Assembly: GCA_965218425.1 (NCBI GenBank)
Contig: OZ244621.1
Location: 640,001 to 704,000, forward strand
From: an uncultured Candidatus Binatia bacterium
GTDB taxonomy: Bacteria; Desulfobacterota; Binatia; UBA9968; CAXXLF01
DNA length: 64,000 nucleotides
Reading direction: 5' to 3'
This document shows, piece by piece, positions 10,748 through 20,169 of the stretch. The translations under genes and the position numbers were made by a program. The notes under the pieces are model-generated. The model was not told where the DNA came from and ran no database searches. It saw only the letters and a list, made by a program, of their open reading frames with translations. Position 1 is the stretch's first letter. Every line of letters starts with the position of its first letter.

Positions 10748-11068
10748 ATGAAGCAAAAAATCGGCACGCTTATCGAAGAGGACATTATGAGACAAGCCAA
10801 GCGGCGGGCGGCCGGGGAGGGGCGGTCTCTGAGCGACCTCATCCAGGACGCTCTCTTGCAATACCTCCATAAAGAGGCGGCGGCCCCAAAGGAACGGAAG
10901 ATGGCCTATCATCTCTTTTGCGAGCGCCCGATGAAGATACCTCAGGAAGAGCTCCAACACGTGCTGGAAGAAGATACGTGGGACTTAGGCCCGAAGCAGC
11001 TTGAGCAAAGAGACGTCCCGATCCAAGATCCGTTCGGGAAAACGAGAAGGATCACTCTGAAAGACTGA
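10748..11068 (+). CDS. Ribbon-helix-helix antitoxin (VapB-like)
   Basis: KIGTLIEEDIMRQAKRRAAGEGRSLSDLIQDAL RHH pattern directly upstream of a PIN gene. Confidence 0.7.
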   Translation: MKQKIGTLIEEDIMRQAKRRAAGEGRSLSDLIQDALLQYLHKEAAAPKERKMAYHLFCERPMKIPQEELQHVLEEDTWDLGPKQLEQRDVPIQDPFGKTRRITLKD

Positions 11069-11077
11069 AATGACGCT

Positions 11078-11596
11078 ATGAACCTCGACGACATCCCTAG
11101 CGGGAGCCTTTGCGTGCTCGACAGTAATATCCTGATCTACGCGGAACAAGGCGCCTCCATGCAGGCGCAGCGTCTCCTGCGCCGCATTGAAGAACGCGAC
11201 CTGAACGGAGTATTGCCGCAGCCGGTTTGGCAGGAAACCATGCACAGACTGATGGTAACCGAAGCTATCATGGTTGGGCAAATCCGTGGCCCCAATCCCG
11301 CTCGACAGCTTTCTCGGAAGCCGGATGCGGTGAAACAACTGACGCTCTACAAGGAAAAGATAAGGGCATTGATAACTCTAGGCCTTGGCTTTGAGCCGTG
11401 TCAGGAGAGCGATCTTTTAACCGAAGCGCTTGAGATCCAGGATCGGTACGGGCTGCTCACGAACGACTCCTTGATCGCGGCAATGGCGCTGCGACTGGAG
11501 GCGGACGCGTTGGCCTCCACGGACGCGGGGTTCGGAGGTATCAGGGAAATTATGGTCTATGTGCCCACGGATGTGAAGCTTCCTTCAAGATCATGA
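11078..11596 (+). CDS. PIN-domain toxin (VapC family)
   Basis: LDSNILIY, YGLLTNDSLIAAMA, ASTDAGF PIN acidic motifs. Confidence 0.88.
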   Translation: MNLDDIPSGSLCVLDSNILIYAEQGASMQAQRLLRRIEERDLNGVLPQPVWQETMHRLMVTEAIMVGQIRGPNPARQLSRKPDAVKQLTLYKEKIRALITLGLGFEPCQESDLLTEALEIQDRYGLLTNDSLIAAMALRLEADALASTDAGFGGIREIMVYVPTDVKLPSRS

Positions 11597-14500
11597 AATC
11601 AGAGTTTCAACAGACTACTAAGGAATCAAGGTCCGCAATGGCTCCGGCGGAATCCGAAGGCGACGGGACGCTGATGAAGCGTGCGATTGAGGTCGGGTTC
11701 CCTATCGTCGAGATCAACCGGCTTGCCGTTCCGGAGCGGAACTCCTTCAAACCCATTTATCAAATGCACAAGTGGTTCGCCCGTCGCGCCTCCTGCGTCT
11801 TCCGGGCCATTCTTCTGGGAACGCTTAAACCGGCGCACCAGCCGGATGGCGCCCCCACCGACCTCATGGCGGAGTTCTATAAAGACCACTCCGATGATCC
11901 CGATACTAAAGACAAAGTCATTCTTGATCCGTTCATGGGCGGCGGCACGACGGTCGTCGAGGCGCTCAGGCTTGGCTGCCGCGTCATCGGCATCGACCTG
12001 AACCCCGTTGCCTGGTTCATCGTCAAAACCGAGATCGAGCCCGTAGATCCGGATGCGTTACAGGCCGCCTTTGAGCGCCTGGGGGCGCGCCCTGTGGCAT
12101 GGAACGGCGGGTGGCCGCTCAAGGAAACGCTGCTGGGGCTATACCGGACCGAGGTTGCCGGCGGCATTGAAGCCGATGTGATCTACACCTTCTGGGTCAA
12201 GTCCGCCATCTGCACCGATGCTAACTGCCGCCGTGAGGTGCCTCTATTCAAAGACTATATTATCGCTCAAAAAGCCCCGAAGATCCGCTATCATCGGGAC
12301 GCCATCTGTCCCGCATGCAAGAAAACGTTCGATTGGGAAATCCAAGTTGCCTCCCTCATCGCCGAACCGGCACTCATGGTCAATGCACCGCGGGGAAGCG
12401 GGGGAGAGGGAAGGCCGGCGTCTCTGTGGAGCTACGCACACGAACCGCCGAAGCCCCCCAAACGCGGCAACCCATGGCAAACCGATGTGCCTTGCCCTCA
12501 CTGCCAACAATCCGTCCGCATGCAGGTGCCGAGCGCGCGGAAGGAAAGAAAATCAGTTTCCCTGACCGTCCTGCTTTGCCCTGCGTGCGAAGCCGTCTGG
12601 CAATGGCGCGGCTCATTGCCGGACGGTCCAATGGACTGCCCGGCTTGCCACCATTCCTATGATCCCCGCAAGGGTAACGTCCCCGAAAAAGGAAAATTCA
12701 AGTGTAGTTGCGGCCAGAAGGACGACATCATAGCGAGTATTCGCACGTTGCCCCAGGATCAGCGCCTGCCGGTCCGGCCATACGCGGTCCAGGCGTACCT
12801 AAAGCCTAGTGGACAGCAGGACTATGATGATGGCCAGTCAACATTTTTTGAAACTAATGAGCAGGAGCCGCCGAATCATACGGACGACGGGGTGCGCAGG
12901 GTAGAAACCGATGGCCTCTTGTTTCCTGACAACGGCAAGTTCTTCAAGCGTTTCACCGTTGCGGACACGCGGCAGCTACAACAAGTAGAAGCTCTATGGG
13001 AGGAACATAAGGAAAAGTTGCCGTACCCGAAGAGCGCAATCCCTGAAGGGTACAACACCAATCAAATGTTAAAGCATAACTACCGGAATTGGGCTGAGAT
13101 GTTTTCTCCTCGCCAGCTACTTGCCCTGAGCACGCTGCTCCAGGGGATAATGGAGGAAGAGGATGAAAAGCTAAAGGAAAAGTTACTTTGTTCCTTTTCG
13201 GGGTGTCTCGAACTAAACAACGTATTCACTCGATATATGGTCTCCCGTGAAACGGCAGGTGGCCAAACCGCCCAGGGCGTTTTTTCCCGCCATGATTTCC
13301 AACCTAAGACTACGATCACAGAAAACAACGCATTTGGCATAGTAAATATTGGGATGGGCTCCTTCACATCCAAATATTTTCTCGCGATTGATGGACTGAA
13401 ATATCACAATTCTTGCTGGGATTTCTACGATGACACTGATGCGAAAAAGAGAAAGAAGATTGTGGTAGATCAAATCAGTACACAGGAATTGCAGCTGGCC
13501 TGTCGGAGTATTCTCCAGACTGGCGATATGAGTGAGCGTGTGTCACATGTGATCACAGACCCACCCTACGTTGGAAACGTGAACTATTCCGAGCTGGCTG
13601 ACTTCTTTTATGTATGGCTACGTCTGGCTTTGAAGGACCGATATTTCCATTTTGCCCCTGAATATACTCCTAAAAACGGGGAGATAGTTGAAAACAAAAC
13701 TAGAGGAAAAACGAGAAAGGATTTCTTCGACGGGCTTATCGAAGCGTTCAAGCAAATCGGTAGCCAGATGCGTGACGAGGGAGTTTTGGTCTTTACTTTC
13801 CATCATACCGACCAGAAAGGCCTTGTTTGGCAAGGGTTGCTCGAATCTCTTTGCGAAGCTGGCTTTGAGATAGCCGCGGTCTACCCCATTCATGGAGAAT
13901 CGGAATCGTCTTTGCATCTTCAAAACAAAGCAAATGTCTCGTACGACCTGATCCACGTTTGCCGGAAACGAAGTGAGGATATCCCCGCGCGGTCATGGGC
14001 GGGTATCCGGATGGACATGCGGCGTCAGGCGCGGGAGGAATTACAGGCGATAGAGAAGGGCCGCTACGGCAATGAACCTCTGTCAGAGCCCGATGTCCGG
14101 CTTATCTGTATTGGCAAATGCCTGGAGCTCTACAGCACTCATTTCGGCAAGGTCCTTGACCACGAAGGCAAACCCCTCCCGCTTCACAAGGCCTTGCAAG
14201 ACATCTCGGCGACCGTGGACCAGTTGGTGACAAAGGATCGTCCATTGCCCTCTGAGTTGGAAGCCGTGGATGCCTTATCATACGTGTGGCTCAAGGTTCT
14301 AGCGCCGATTCGCAACGAGATCACCGTCGACGCGGTAAGCAAGGCCGCCCGCGTCATGCAGGTATCCGTAGAGGATCTCAAAGGCGCCGACCTGATTGTG
14401 CGCGGGCGTACGGGTCGCGGGCGGACCTATGAAGTGAAACAACCCGGTCAACGCCTGCCGGACTTGCTGCGGCAGTACCAGCCGGGGCAGAGAGTTCGAA

Positions 14501-14766
14501 CTACCCAGGGAGAGTTGTTCACTTCCGAAGGCGAAACGATCTTTTATGACATCAAATTGGTGGACCTACTCCATTTGGTTCTGGGGCTGGCGACCGCGGG
14601 AGAATCCGTCGTGCCTTGGCTGGATCGTTTCGGGGTATTGCGGCCCCAGCTCCGGGCCGCGCTTCGCTTTGCGCGAGACATACGATCGGACTGGAGGGAG
14701 CCGATTGATCGTGTGTTGGCGCTGATCGAAGGCGCGCCGCTTCTCCGGGCCATGGAGGACACCTGA
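11593..14766 (+). CDS. DUF1156-type amino-DNA (adenine) methyltransferase with zinc ribbons
   Basis: HKWFARR, DPFMGGGTT (SAM binding), TDPPY (catalytic), multiple CxxC pairs; alternative start at 11674. Confidence 0.85.
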   Translation: MKSEFQQTTKESRSAMAPAESEGDGTLMKRAIEVGFPIVEINRLAVPERNSFKPIYQMHKWFARRASCVFRAILLGTLKPAHQPDGAPTDLMAEFYKDHSDDPDTKDKVILDPFMGGGTTVVEALRLGCRVIGIDLNPVAWFIVKTEIEPVDPDALQAAFERLGARPVAWNGGWPLKETLLGLYRTEVAGGIEADVIYTFWVKSAICTDANCRREVPLFKDYIIAQKAPKIRYHRDAICPACKKTFDWEIQVASLIAEPALMVNAPRGSGGEGRPASLWSYAHEPPKPPKRGNPWQTDVPCPHCQQSVRMQVPSARKERKSVSLTVLLCPACEAVWQWRGSLPDGPMDCPACHHSYDPRKGNVPEKGKFKCSCGQKDDIIASIRTLPQDQRLPVRPYAVQAYLKPSGQQDYDDGQSTFFETNEQEPPNHTDDGVRRVETDGLLFPDNGKFFKRFTVADTRQLQQVEALWEEHKEKLPYPKSAIPEGYNTNQMLKHNYRNWAEMFSPRQLLALSTLLQGIMEEEDEKLKEKLLCSFSGCLELNNVFTRYMVSRETAGGQTAQGVFSRHDFQPKTTITENNAFGIVNIGMGSFTSKYFLAIDGLKYHNSCWDFYDDTDAKKRKKIVVDQISTQELQLACRSILQTGDMSERVSHVITDPPYVGNVNYSELADFFYVWLRLALKDRYFHFAPEYTPKNGEIVENKTRGKTRKDFFDGLIEAFKQIGSQMRDEGVLVFTFHHTDQKGLVWQGLLESLCEAGFEIAAVYPIHGESESSLHLQNKANVSYDLIHVCRKRSEDIPARSWAGIRMDMRRQAREELQAIEKGRYGNEPLSEPDVRLICIGKCLELYSTHFGKVLDHEGKPLPLHKALQDISATVDQLVTKDRPLPSELEAVDALSYVWLKVLAPIRNEITVDAVSKAARVMQVSVEDLKGADLIVRGRTGRGRTYEVKQPGQRLPDLLRQYQPGQRVRTTQGELFTSEGETIFYDIKLVDLLHLVLGLATAGESVVPWLDRFGVLRPQLRAALRFARDIRSDWREPIDRVLALIEGAPLLRAMEDT

Positions 14767-15197
14767 TGCCCGGGTATCGTCTGATCGAGGAGCGTATGCT
14801 GAAGCCTTCCAATCGCGACGGCATCGAGCAAAATCCTTATCGCATGGGCTTTCTTGATTACATGAGGGAGCTTCGCCAGGACCCTTTCCCGTTTCCTCCC
14901 GGTCACAAGGTTCGGGTCGAGGGGCTTGAGCACGCACTTCTTGCGGCAGGTGACAAGCTTGAAGAAGTAGAGCGTTTTATCCACGACGTCTTGGCCAGTC
15001 GAGCAAACGAGCTTTACTCTGTCGTGGGAAGTGATGTCCAGGTCATATTTCAGGATAAGCTTCAGAGGTCCGATGATTTTTGGGTCGAGGCCGGGCCCCG
15101 GCGGCATTTGAGCCTGCGCCCGATCTTCGGCACGCCCATCCGGCAAGAAGGACCAGGCGGGACGGAATTCTTTTTTGTGGGGTTTAATCTGACATGA
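14766..15197 (+). CDS. Hypothetical protein coupled within the defence operon
   Basis: 143 aa; overlaps both neighbouring genes; no motif recognised. Confidence 0.7.
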   Translation: MPGYRLIEERMLKPSNRDGIEQNPYRMGFLDYMRELRQDPFPFPPGHKVRVEGLEHALLAAGDKLEEVERFIHDVLASRANELYSVVGSDVQVIFQDKLQRSDDFWVEAGPRRHLSLRPIFGTPIRQEGPGGTEFFFVGFNLT

Positions 15198-17992
15198 GTG
15201 AGCAGACGGCTAGATACGAGCAGGTGCAAACGCCGATTGCGCCTAACGATAAGGTCCGAGTTCTCTCTCATCCCGAGTTGGGAATCGGCGAGGTACTGCG
15301 AGTGGCGGAGCAGGCCGGGTTCTATCAGGCGGACGTTGTTTTTGATACTCCTACCGGCCGGCGACTTGAAGCCTTCCCTATTGAACTGCTGGAGCGAACG
15401 GGTGATCTGTGGCAGAGGCTGAAGGAGGGCGCTTTCGACGACTCTACAGCCTACCGGATAAGACAGATCGCCGTAGATCTCGCCCACTCCAATTCGGGTG
15501 GGGAGCTTTCGGCCAGCCGCGTAAACCTTCTCCCTCACCAAATTCTGCTGGTCCATGACTTGGTCGCCATGGCCGAGCGGCGTCTTCTGGTTGCGGATGA
15601 GGTCGGACTGGGAAAAACCATCGAAACCGGCATGCTCCTTCGCGAGTTGAATGCCAGGGGCGAAGTCGACAGGGTTCTCATTGTGACTCCTGCGGGTTTG
15701 GTTAAAAACTGGCAAAACGAACTCCGCGAGTGTTTCCGTCTTCATTGCTCTATCCTCAGTCACGATTTCTATGATTACGGAACGGCTTCCTGGGAAAGCC
15801 ACCCCTGGGTTATTGCCTCTATTGATACCCTTAAGCAGCCGCGTAGAATGCAGCGGCTCCTCGGAGGGCCAAGGTGGGATGTGATCATTTTCGATGAGGC
15901 CCATCATTTGTCTCGAACGCGCACCGGAAAAAAGACCGTCACGACCCAGAACTACAAACTCGCCGAAACTCTGCGAAGCCACACGCGGGATCTGCTCTTT
16001 CTGTCAGCCACTCCCCATCAGGGCAATCCGTTCCAGTTCTGGTCATTGATCCAACTGCTCAACGACCAGCTCTTTAGCAATCCGGATGAGCTGAGTGAGC
16101 ACCGGGGCCTGCTGGCGCGCGTTATGATTCGACGGACCAAGCGGGAGGTGACTGACGCCGGAGGCAATCCGATCTTTCGGCGCCGCCAAGTTAATACGGA
16201 ACGCTTCCCTTTGGCCCCGCGCGAGCGTGAGTTCTACGACAGCCTAAGTGAATATTTGCGGGAAGGCTACGACGTCGCCGGTATAAATCAGTCGAGGACG
16301 ACTCGGCAGCAGCGGGCCATTGGTTTTGTCATGGCCACCTTCCAAAAGATCATGTCTTCGAGCCCGCGTGCGATTCGCCAAGCGCTCAGGCGCCGCCTCC
16401 TTGTCCTGCTGGTCCGAAAGCAGCTTGCGCTGGAAGCCAAACGCCGGTCTGGCGCGTCCAACAGTGATGCGATCCTCAAGATTCAAGACGAGATGCTCCA
16501 GGTGGCCCGGGCTATTCTCGGCGAACAGACCGCCGATAACTTGGACGGCGAAGCTTATGTTTTGCGTGTTCGACGCCGACTGCTAAAGCGGATGGACGAA
16601 AACTACGAGACGACTTCGTGGTCGCTCGACGGCGACGAAGAAGCGGAGGAAGGAGTATACGCTGACGCCGATATCCCCCAGGAGATCGAGAAGGTTCGGG
16701 AGTTGATCCAATTGGTTCCCAAAGGGACTGATCGTCGTTTCGATACGCTGGTGCAAGCAGTCAGCGAACTCTCCGAGAACAATTCTGACGAACGGTTCGT
16801 GATTTTTACTCAGTATCGCGACACGCTCGAATTCCTTTCTGAGGAATTGGGTAAAATCTATGGCTCGAATCGCATGGCACGAATTATCGGAGGCCCATTG
16901 GAAGACAAGGTCGCGGCTATGGAGTCATTTTGGGACCCGGATGGAGCCCGTTTTCTCATTAGCACCTCAGCCGGCGGCGAGGGGATAAATCTTCAAATCG
17001 GGCATATTGTTTTTAATTACGACCTTCCGTGGAATCCGATGGCCGTCGAGCAGCGTATCGGCCGAATTCACCGCTATGGACAGGAGGAGACGGTGCAGGT
17101 CTACAACTTGCTGGCACAGGACACCGTGGAAGAACATATCTACGGCCTGTTGGACCAAAAGCTTTTAGAGATTGCACGCTCCATCGGTAATACCGATTCA
17201 CAGGGGCGACCCCTCGAAGACTTTCGGAGCGATGTTCTGGGTTATCTTGGAAGCCGTCCGGACTATCAGGACTTGTACAAGCGTGCTCTGGTCAACCGCG
17301 ACTACAGGCACACGGATGCTGAACTTCAACGCATGATTCAAGAAGCGCTGCGCGCTCGCGAAGCGCTGGACCGATTGGCCCAGGATTTAGGGCATTTTAA
17401 TCTCGAGCACTATCGAACGTTGGAGGGACGGTATTCTCTGGGGGAGCTTGGCGAGTGGGTCCGGGCGGCCATCCTAAACCTCGGCGGCGGCGCCGTTCCA
17501 ACGGGCGAATTCTGGACCTTAATTTGTCCCGACTCGTTGCAGCGTAACTACCGTCTGCTTCCAAGATACGAGAGAGTTTGTTTTGACCGGGACATCGCGC
17601 TCCGCAATCGCGGCTGCGAACTCGGAGGGATCGGACACCCGTTAGTGGACGCTCTCCTCGCGGAAACTCGATCCCCAACCTTGGCGGGTGAAGTCGGGGA
17701 CCTAGGGACGGGAGCTCTGTGTGCTCGTTATCTCGTGCGCCGCCGTGATGAACGAGGTCTCATCCAGAGTCGTGTGATTACCTTGACGTACCAACCCACC
17801 ACCGGGGAGGTCCAAACGCTCCCGCACTTCCCAACAGATGAGGGGTCTAGCTCTGACAATAATGGAGATGGGGATCTTGCCCAGGCTCGCTCAGCAATTG
17901 AAAGCGCATTGGAAACCGAAATCAATAGCTGGCTCCCCAGTCGGCAGTCCCGGATTGGTTTGAATATCTCCCTGGTCGGTCTGCACTGGTGA
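15194..17992 (+). CDS. SNF2/RapA-like helicase
   Basis: LVADEVGLGKT, DEAHH, SATPHQG, GGEGINLQ, YDLPWNPMAVEQRIGRIHRYGQ. Confidence 0.92.
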   Translation: MSEQTARYEQVQTPIAPNDKVRVLSHPELGIGEVLRVAEQAGFYQADVVFDTPTGRRLEAFPIELLERTGDLWQRLKEGAFDDSTAYRIRQIAVDLAHSNSGGELSASRVNLLPHQILLVHDLVAMAERRLLVADEVGLGKTIETGMLLRELNARGEVDRVLIVTPAGLVKNWQNELRECFRLHCSILSHDFYDYGTASWESHPWVIASIDTLKQPRRMQRLLGGPRWDVIIFDEAHHLSRTRTGKKTVTTQNYKLAETLRSHTRDLLFLSATPHQGNPFQFWSLIQLLNDQLFSNPDELSEHRGLLARVMIRRTKREVTDAGGNPIFRRRQVNTERFPLAPREREFYDSLSEYLREGYDVAGINQSRTTRQQRAIGFVMATFQKIMSSSPRAIRQALRRRLLVLLVRKQLALEAKRRSGASNSDAILKIQDEMLQVARAILGEQTADNLDGEAYVLRVRRRLLKRMDENYETTSWSLDGDEEAEEGVYADADIPQEIEKVRELIQLVPKGTDRRFDTLVQAVSELSENNSDERFVIFTQYRDTLEFLSEELGKIYGSNRMARIIGGPLEDKVAAMESFWDPDGARFLISTSAGGEGINLQIGHIVFNYDLPWNPMAVEQRIGRIHRYGQEETVQVYNLLAQDTVEEHIYGLLDQKLLEIARSIGNTDSQGRPLEDFRSDVLGYLGSRPDYQDLYKRALVNRDYRHTDAELQRMIQEALRAREALDRLAQDLGHFNLEHYRTLEGRYSLGELGEWVRAAILNLGGGAVPTGEFWTLICPDSLQRNYRLLPRYERVCFDRDIALRNRGCELGGIGHPLVDALLAETRSPTLAGEVGDLGTGALCARYLVRRRDERGLIQSRVITLTYQPTTGEVQTLPHFPTDEGSSSDNNGDGDLAQARSAIESALETEINSWLPSRQSRIGLNISLVGLHW

Positions 17993-18054
17993 AGACGTTA
18001 CGAGGCCAAGCTGGGGGAACGACAATAACGGACAGTAACCGATGTCAGGTAACA

Positions 18055-18248
18055 TGAAAAAGGGGTCAAGCTCCAGTAGGACGGTGGTTGTAACGGCCAT
18101 CAAACCTGAAAGGAGAAAACCCCATGCTTTGGTGGACCGCGTCCAAGTGGACAGGATATTCCAAGAGCGAATTGGTACAATACAGGCTGGAATCCGAAAG
18201 GGAAGGAAACCCGGAACAGCAAAAAGGCAAGTATGGCTCCAATTATGA
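18055..18248 (+). mobile_element. Internally deleted IS110/IS1111-type mini-element (copy B)
   Basis: Left end TGAAAAAGGGGTCAAGC, RBS AAAGGAG and ATGCTTT joined directly to the shared right-end module; right IR degenerate. Confidence 0.65.
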
Positions 18249-18333
18249 AAGACCCAAGAAAATATTGCATCCACGCAACGGGGCTCGGAGACTTTTTGCC
18301 TTGCTTTACAATCCAGCAGAATAGGCGACCAGG

Positions 18334-20169
18334 ATGAAGTTCCAAACTAGCGACAACCTAATCTCCTTACTTGTTGGCCAAAACCTCTACTCAAGCGGGG
18401 ATGCCGCTCTCCGCGAGTTGCTTCAGAACTCTGAAGACGCGTGCAATCTTATGGCACTAACTGATCCGACCTTTGAGCCCCAAATCAATATTCGATACTC
18501 GGCCGGTAAGAATTATTTTGAAATCGACGACAATGGTTTGGGAATGGATGAAGAAATATTTAAAGAAAGTTTTGTGACTATAGGAGCCTCCAAAACCAAT
18601 TCAACCAAACTAAAAGCGTTGCTAGAACGGGCAGGTGGAACTGTACGTCCGATCGGCCAGTACGGCATAGGTATCTTAAGTTGCTTTGGGGTGTCAGAGA
18701 CCGTTCAAATCCTCACGCTAGCTGAAGGAGCCGACCCTCTATCGTATAACATTCCAGACTTACGTGGCGACTTCAGTACGCTAGATGAATACAGGAATCA
18801 GCGAGGGACAACAGTACGACTGTATTTGAAGCCAAATGGACCGATGTCGGCGCGCGATATTCCCGGAGCTGTATCCCGCTACGTTCGACATGCAACTAAC
18901 ATCTGGATAGAAGACCTAGACAACCGTCAGCGAACGCCTGTTTCGGAACAATGGTTGGTAGATTCAACGGATGAACCAACCGTATTGACAACTGATACGA
19001 TTCTGAAGGGTCGCCTCGAGCTAAGCGCTGGCTGGGAAAATATAAACCAAGGATTAGACGACCAGATCACTCTTTGCAACGGTGGCTTCTTAGTCACGGA
19101 GAATGCTCGCGACATGTTGCCCGATTACTCTGTTGGATTTCGTGGAGAAATTGACATCCGTCCTGGCAGCATGACGATACTATTGAATCGCGAAGGATTT
19201 CAAAAAGATCAATTCTGGCAACAATTTTGCGTATCAGTGAAGCTACACTATCAGTGTCTTGTCGAGCGAAAACTTGACTCTTGGCTGAACGACCCATCAG
19301 CGACTGATTTTTCCTTAGACAAGAAGCGTGCAATTCAACGAATTATATTGTTGATACTGTTTTCTCCATTGGGAGAAGTTGTGGGCGAAGCGAATATGGA
19401 AAAGGCGCGCCTGCTATTACCACTAGCTTTACACAACATTGAAAAGGACTACCGTAGTGTTAAACAAGTGATTGCTGCCGCGCAGCATAAGCCGCCTCTA
19501 TACGTTTATCGAACCGATGATGATCAAGTCCTGAACAAATCGCTCAATGACGGGAGTCAAAATATTCAGCTCTCAGCTCCAATTCGAAGTTTGGATTTGC
19601 GCACCACGTTGCTACGCTTGAACGGCTTTGTTGTTGTTGAGGCGGAAAATCACAGCTATTCAGTTTTTCATAATGGGAGAAATAGAAATGTAGATATCAA
19701 CGACATTCAAGCGTTAGAGCTGTTTGCTTCCGCTCGCGGACTTCTAATTGGTTTGGTTAGGGATGCCCCGGTTGACCATACGCGAATTGGTACATCATTT
19801 GATGCACAGGAGATAACCAGAATATTTGAATTAACGTCAGATCTCAAATTCCAGTCAGTTGACGCTATAGCAGACGCCGTAATTGCGGACTTCAACGGAT
19901 ATATTCTAAACTCAAGGAACGAGGAAATTCGACGTATTTTGTCAGTCATCCCGGACGCAATTGGTAATCCTATTCGAAAGAATTTAATCAGCGCATACCT
20001 TTCGCTTTCTGTGTACGACGTAGCGCGGTCACGACAAACACTTTACGAGTTGATTGTTGATGAAGAATTTCAATTGAAGGCTCGCCAAGAGACGGGCAAA
20101 TATTTTCGACTGTATTTAGCGGATAAGATAAGGAATCTGTTGGAAGCCGAAGGAGGGAAAAATGTCTAA
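18334..20169 (+). CDS. Hsp90-like (GHKL) ATPase domain protein
   Basis: LYS...ALRELLQNSEDA, DDNGLGMD, IGQYGIGILS, RGTTVRL N-terminal ATPase motifs; C-terminal half not recognised. Confidence 0.82.
   Translation: MKFQTSDNLISLLVGQNLYSSGDAALRELLQNSEDACNLMALTDPTFEPQINIRYSAGKNYFEIDDNGLGMDEEIFKESFVTIGASKTNSTKLKALLERAGGTVRPIGQYGIGILSCFGVSETVQILTLAEGADPLSYNIPDLRGDFSTLDEYRNQRGTTVRLYLKPNGPMSARDIPGAVSRYVRHATNIWIEDLDNRQRTPVSEQWLVDSTDEPTVLTTDTILKGRLELSAGWENINQGLDDQITLCNGGFLVTENARDMLPDYSVGFRGEIDIRPGSMTILLNREGFQKDQFWQQFCVSVKLHYQCLVERKLDSWLNDPSATDFSLDKKRAIQRIILLILFSPLGEVVGEANMEKARLLLPLALHNIEKDYRSVKQVIAAAQHKPPLYVYRTDDDQVLNKSLNDGSQNIQLSAPIRSLDLRTTLLRLNGFVVVEAENHSYSVFHNGRNRNVDINDIQALELFASARGLLIGLVRDAPVDHTRIGTSFDAQEITRIFELTSDLKFQSVDAIADAVIADFNGYILNSRNEEIRRILSVIPDAIGNPIRKNLISAYLSLSVYDVARSRQTLYELIVDEEFQLKARQETGKYFRLYLADKIRNLLEAEGGKNV

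Noticed and set aside
18042..18248. Recurrent ORFs MKKGSSSSR... and MHCPDTTG... (also near 29110, 30338, 30441, 37390, 39760)
   Set aside because: Translations of the non-coding repeats; lengths and frames are not conserved.
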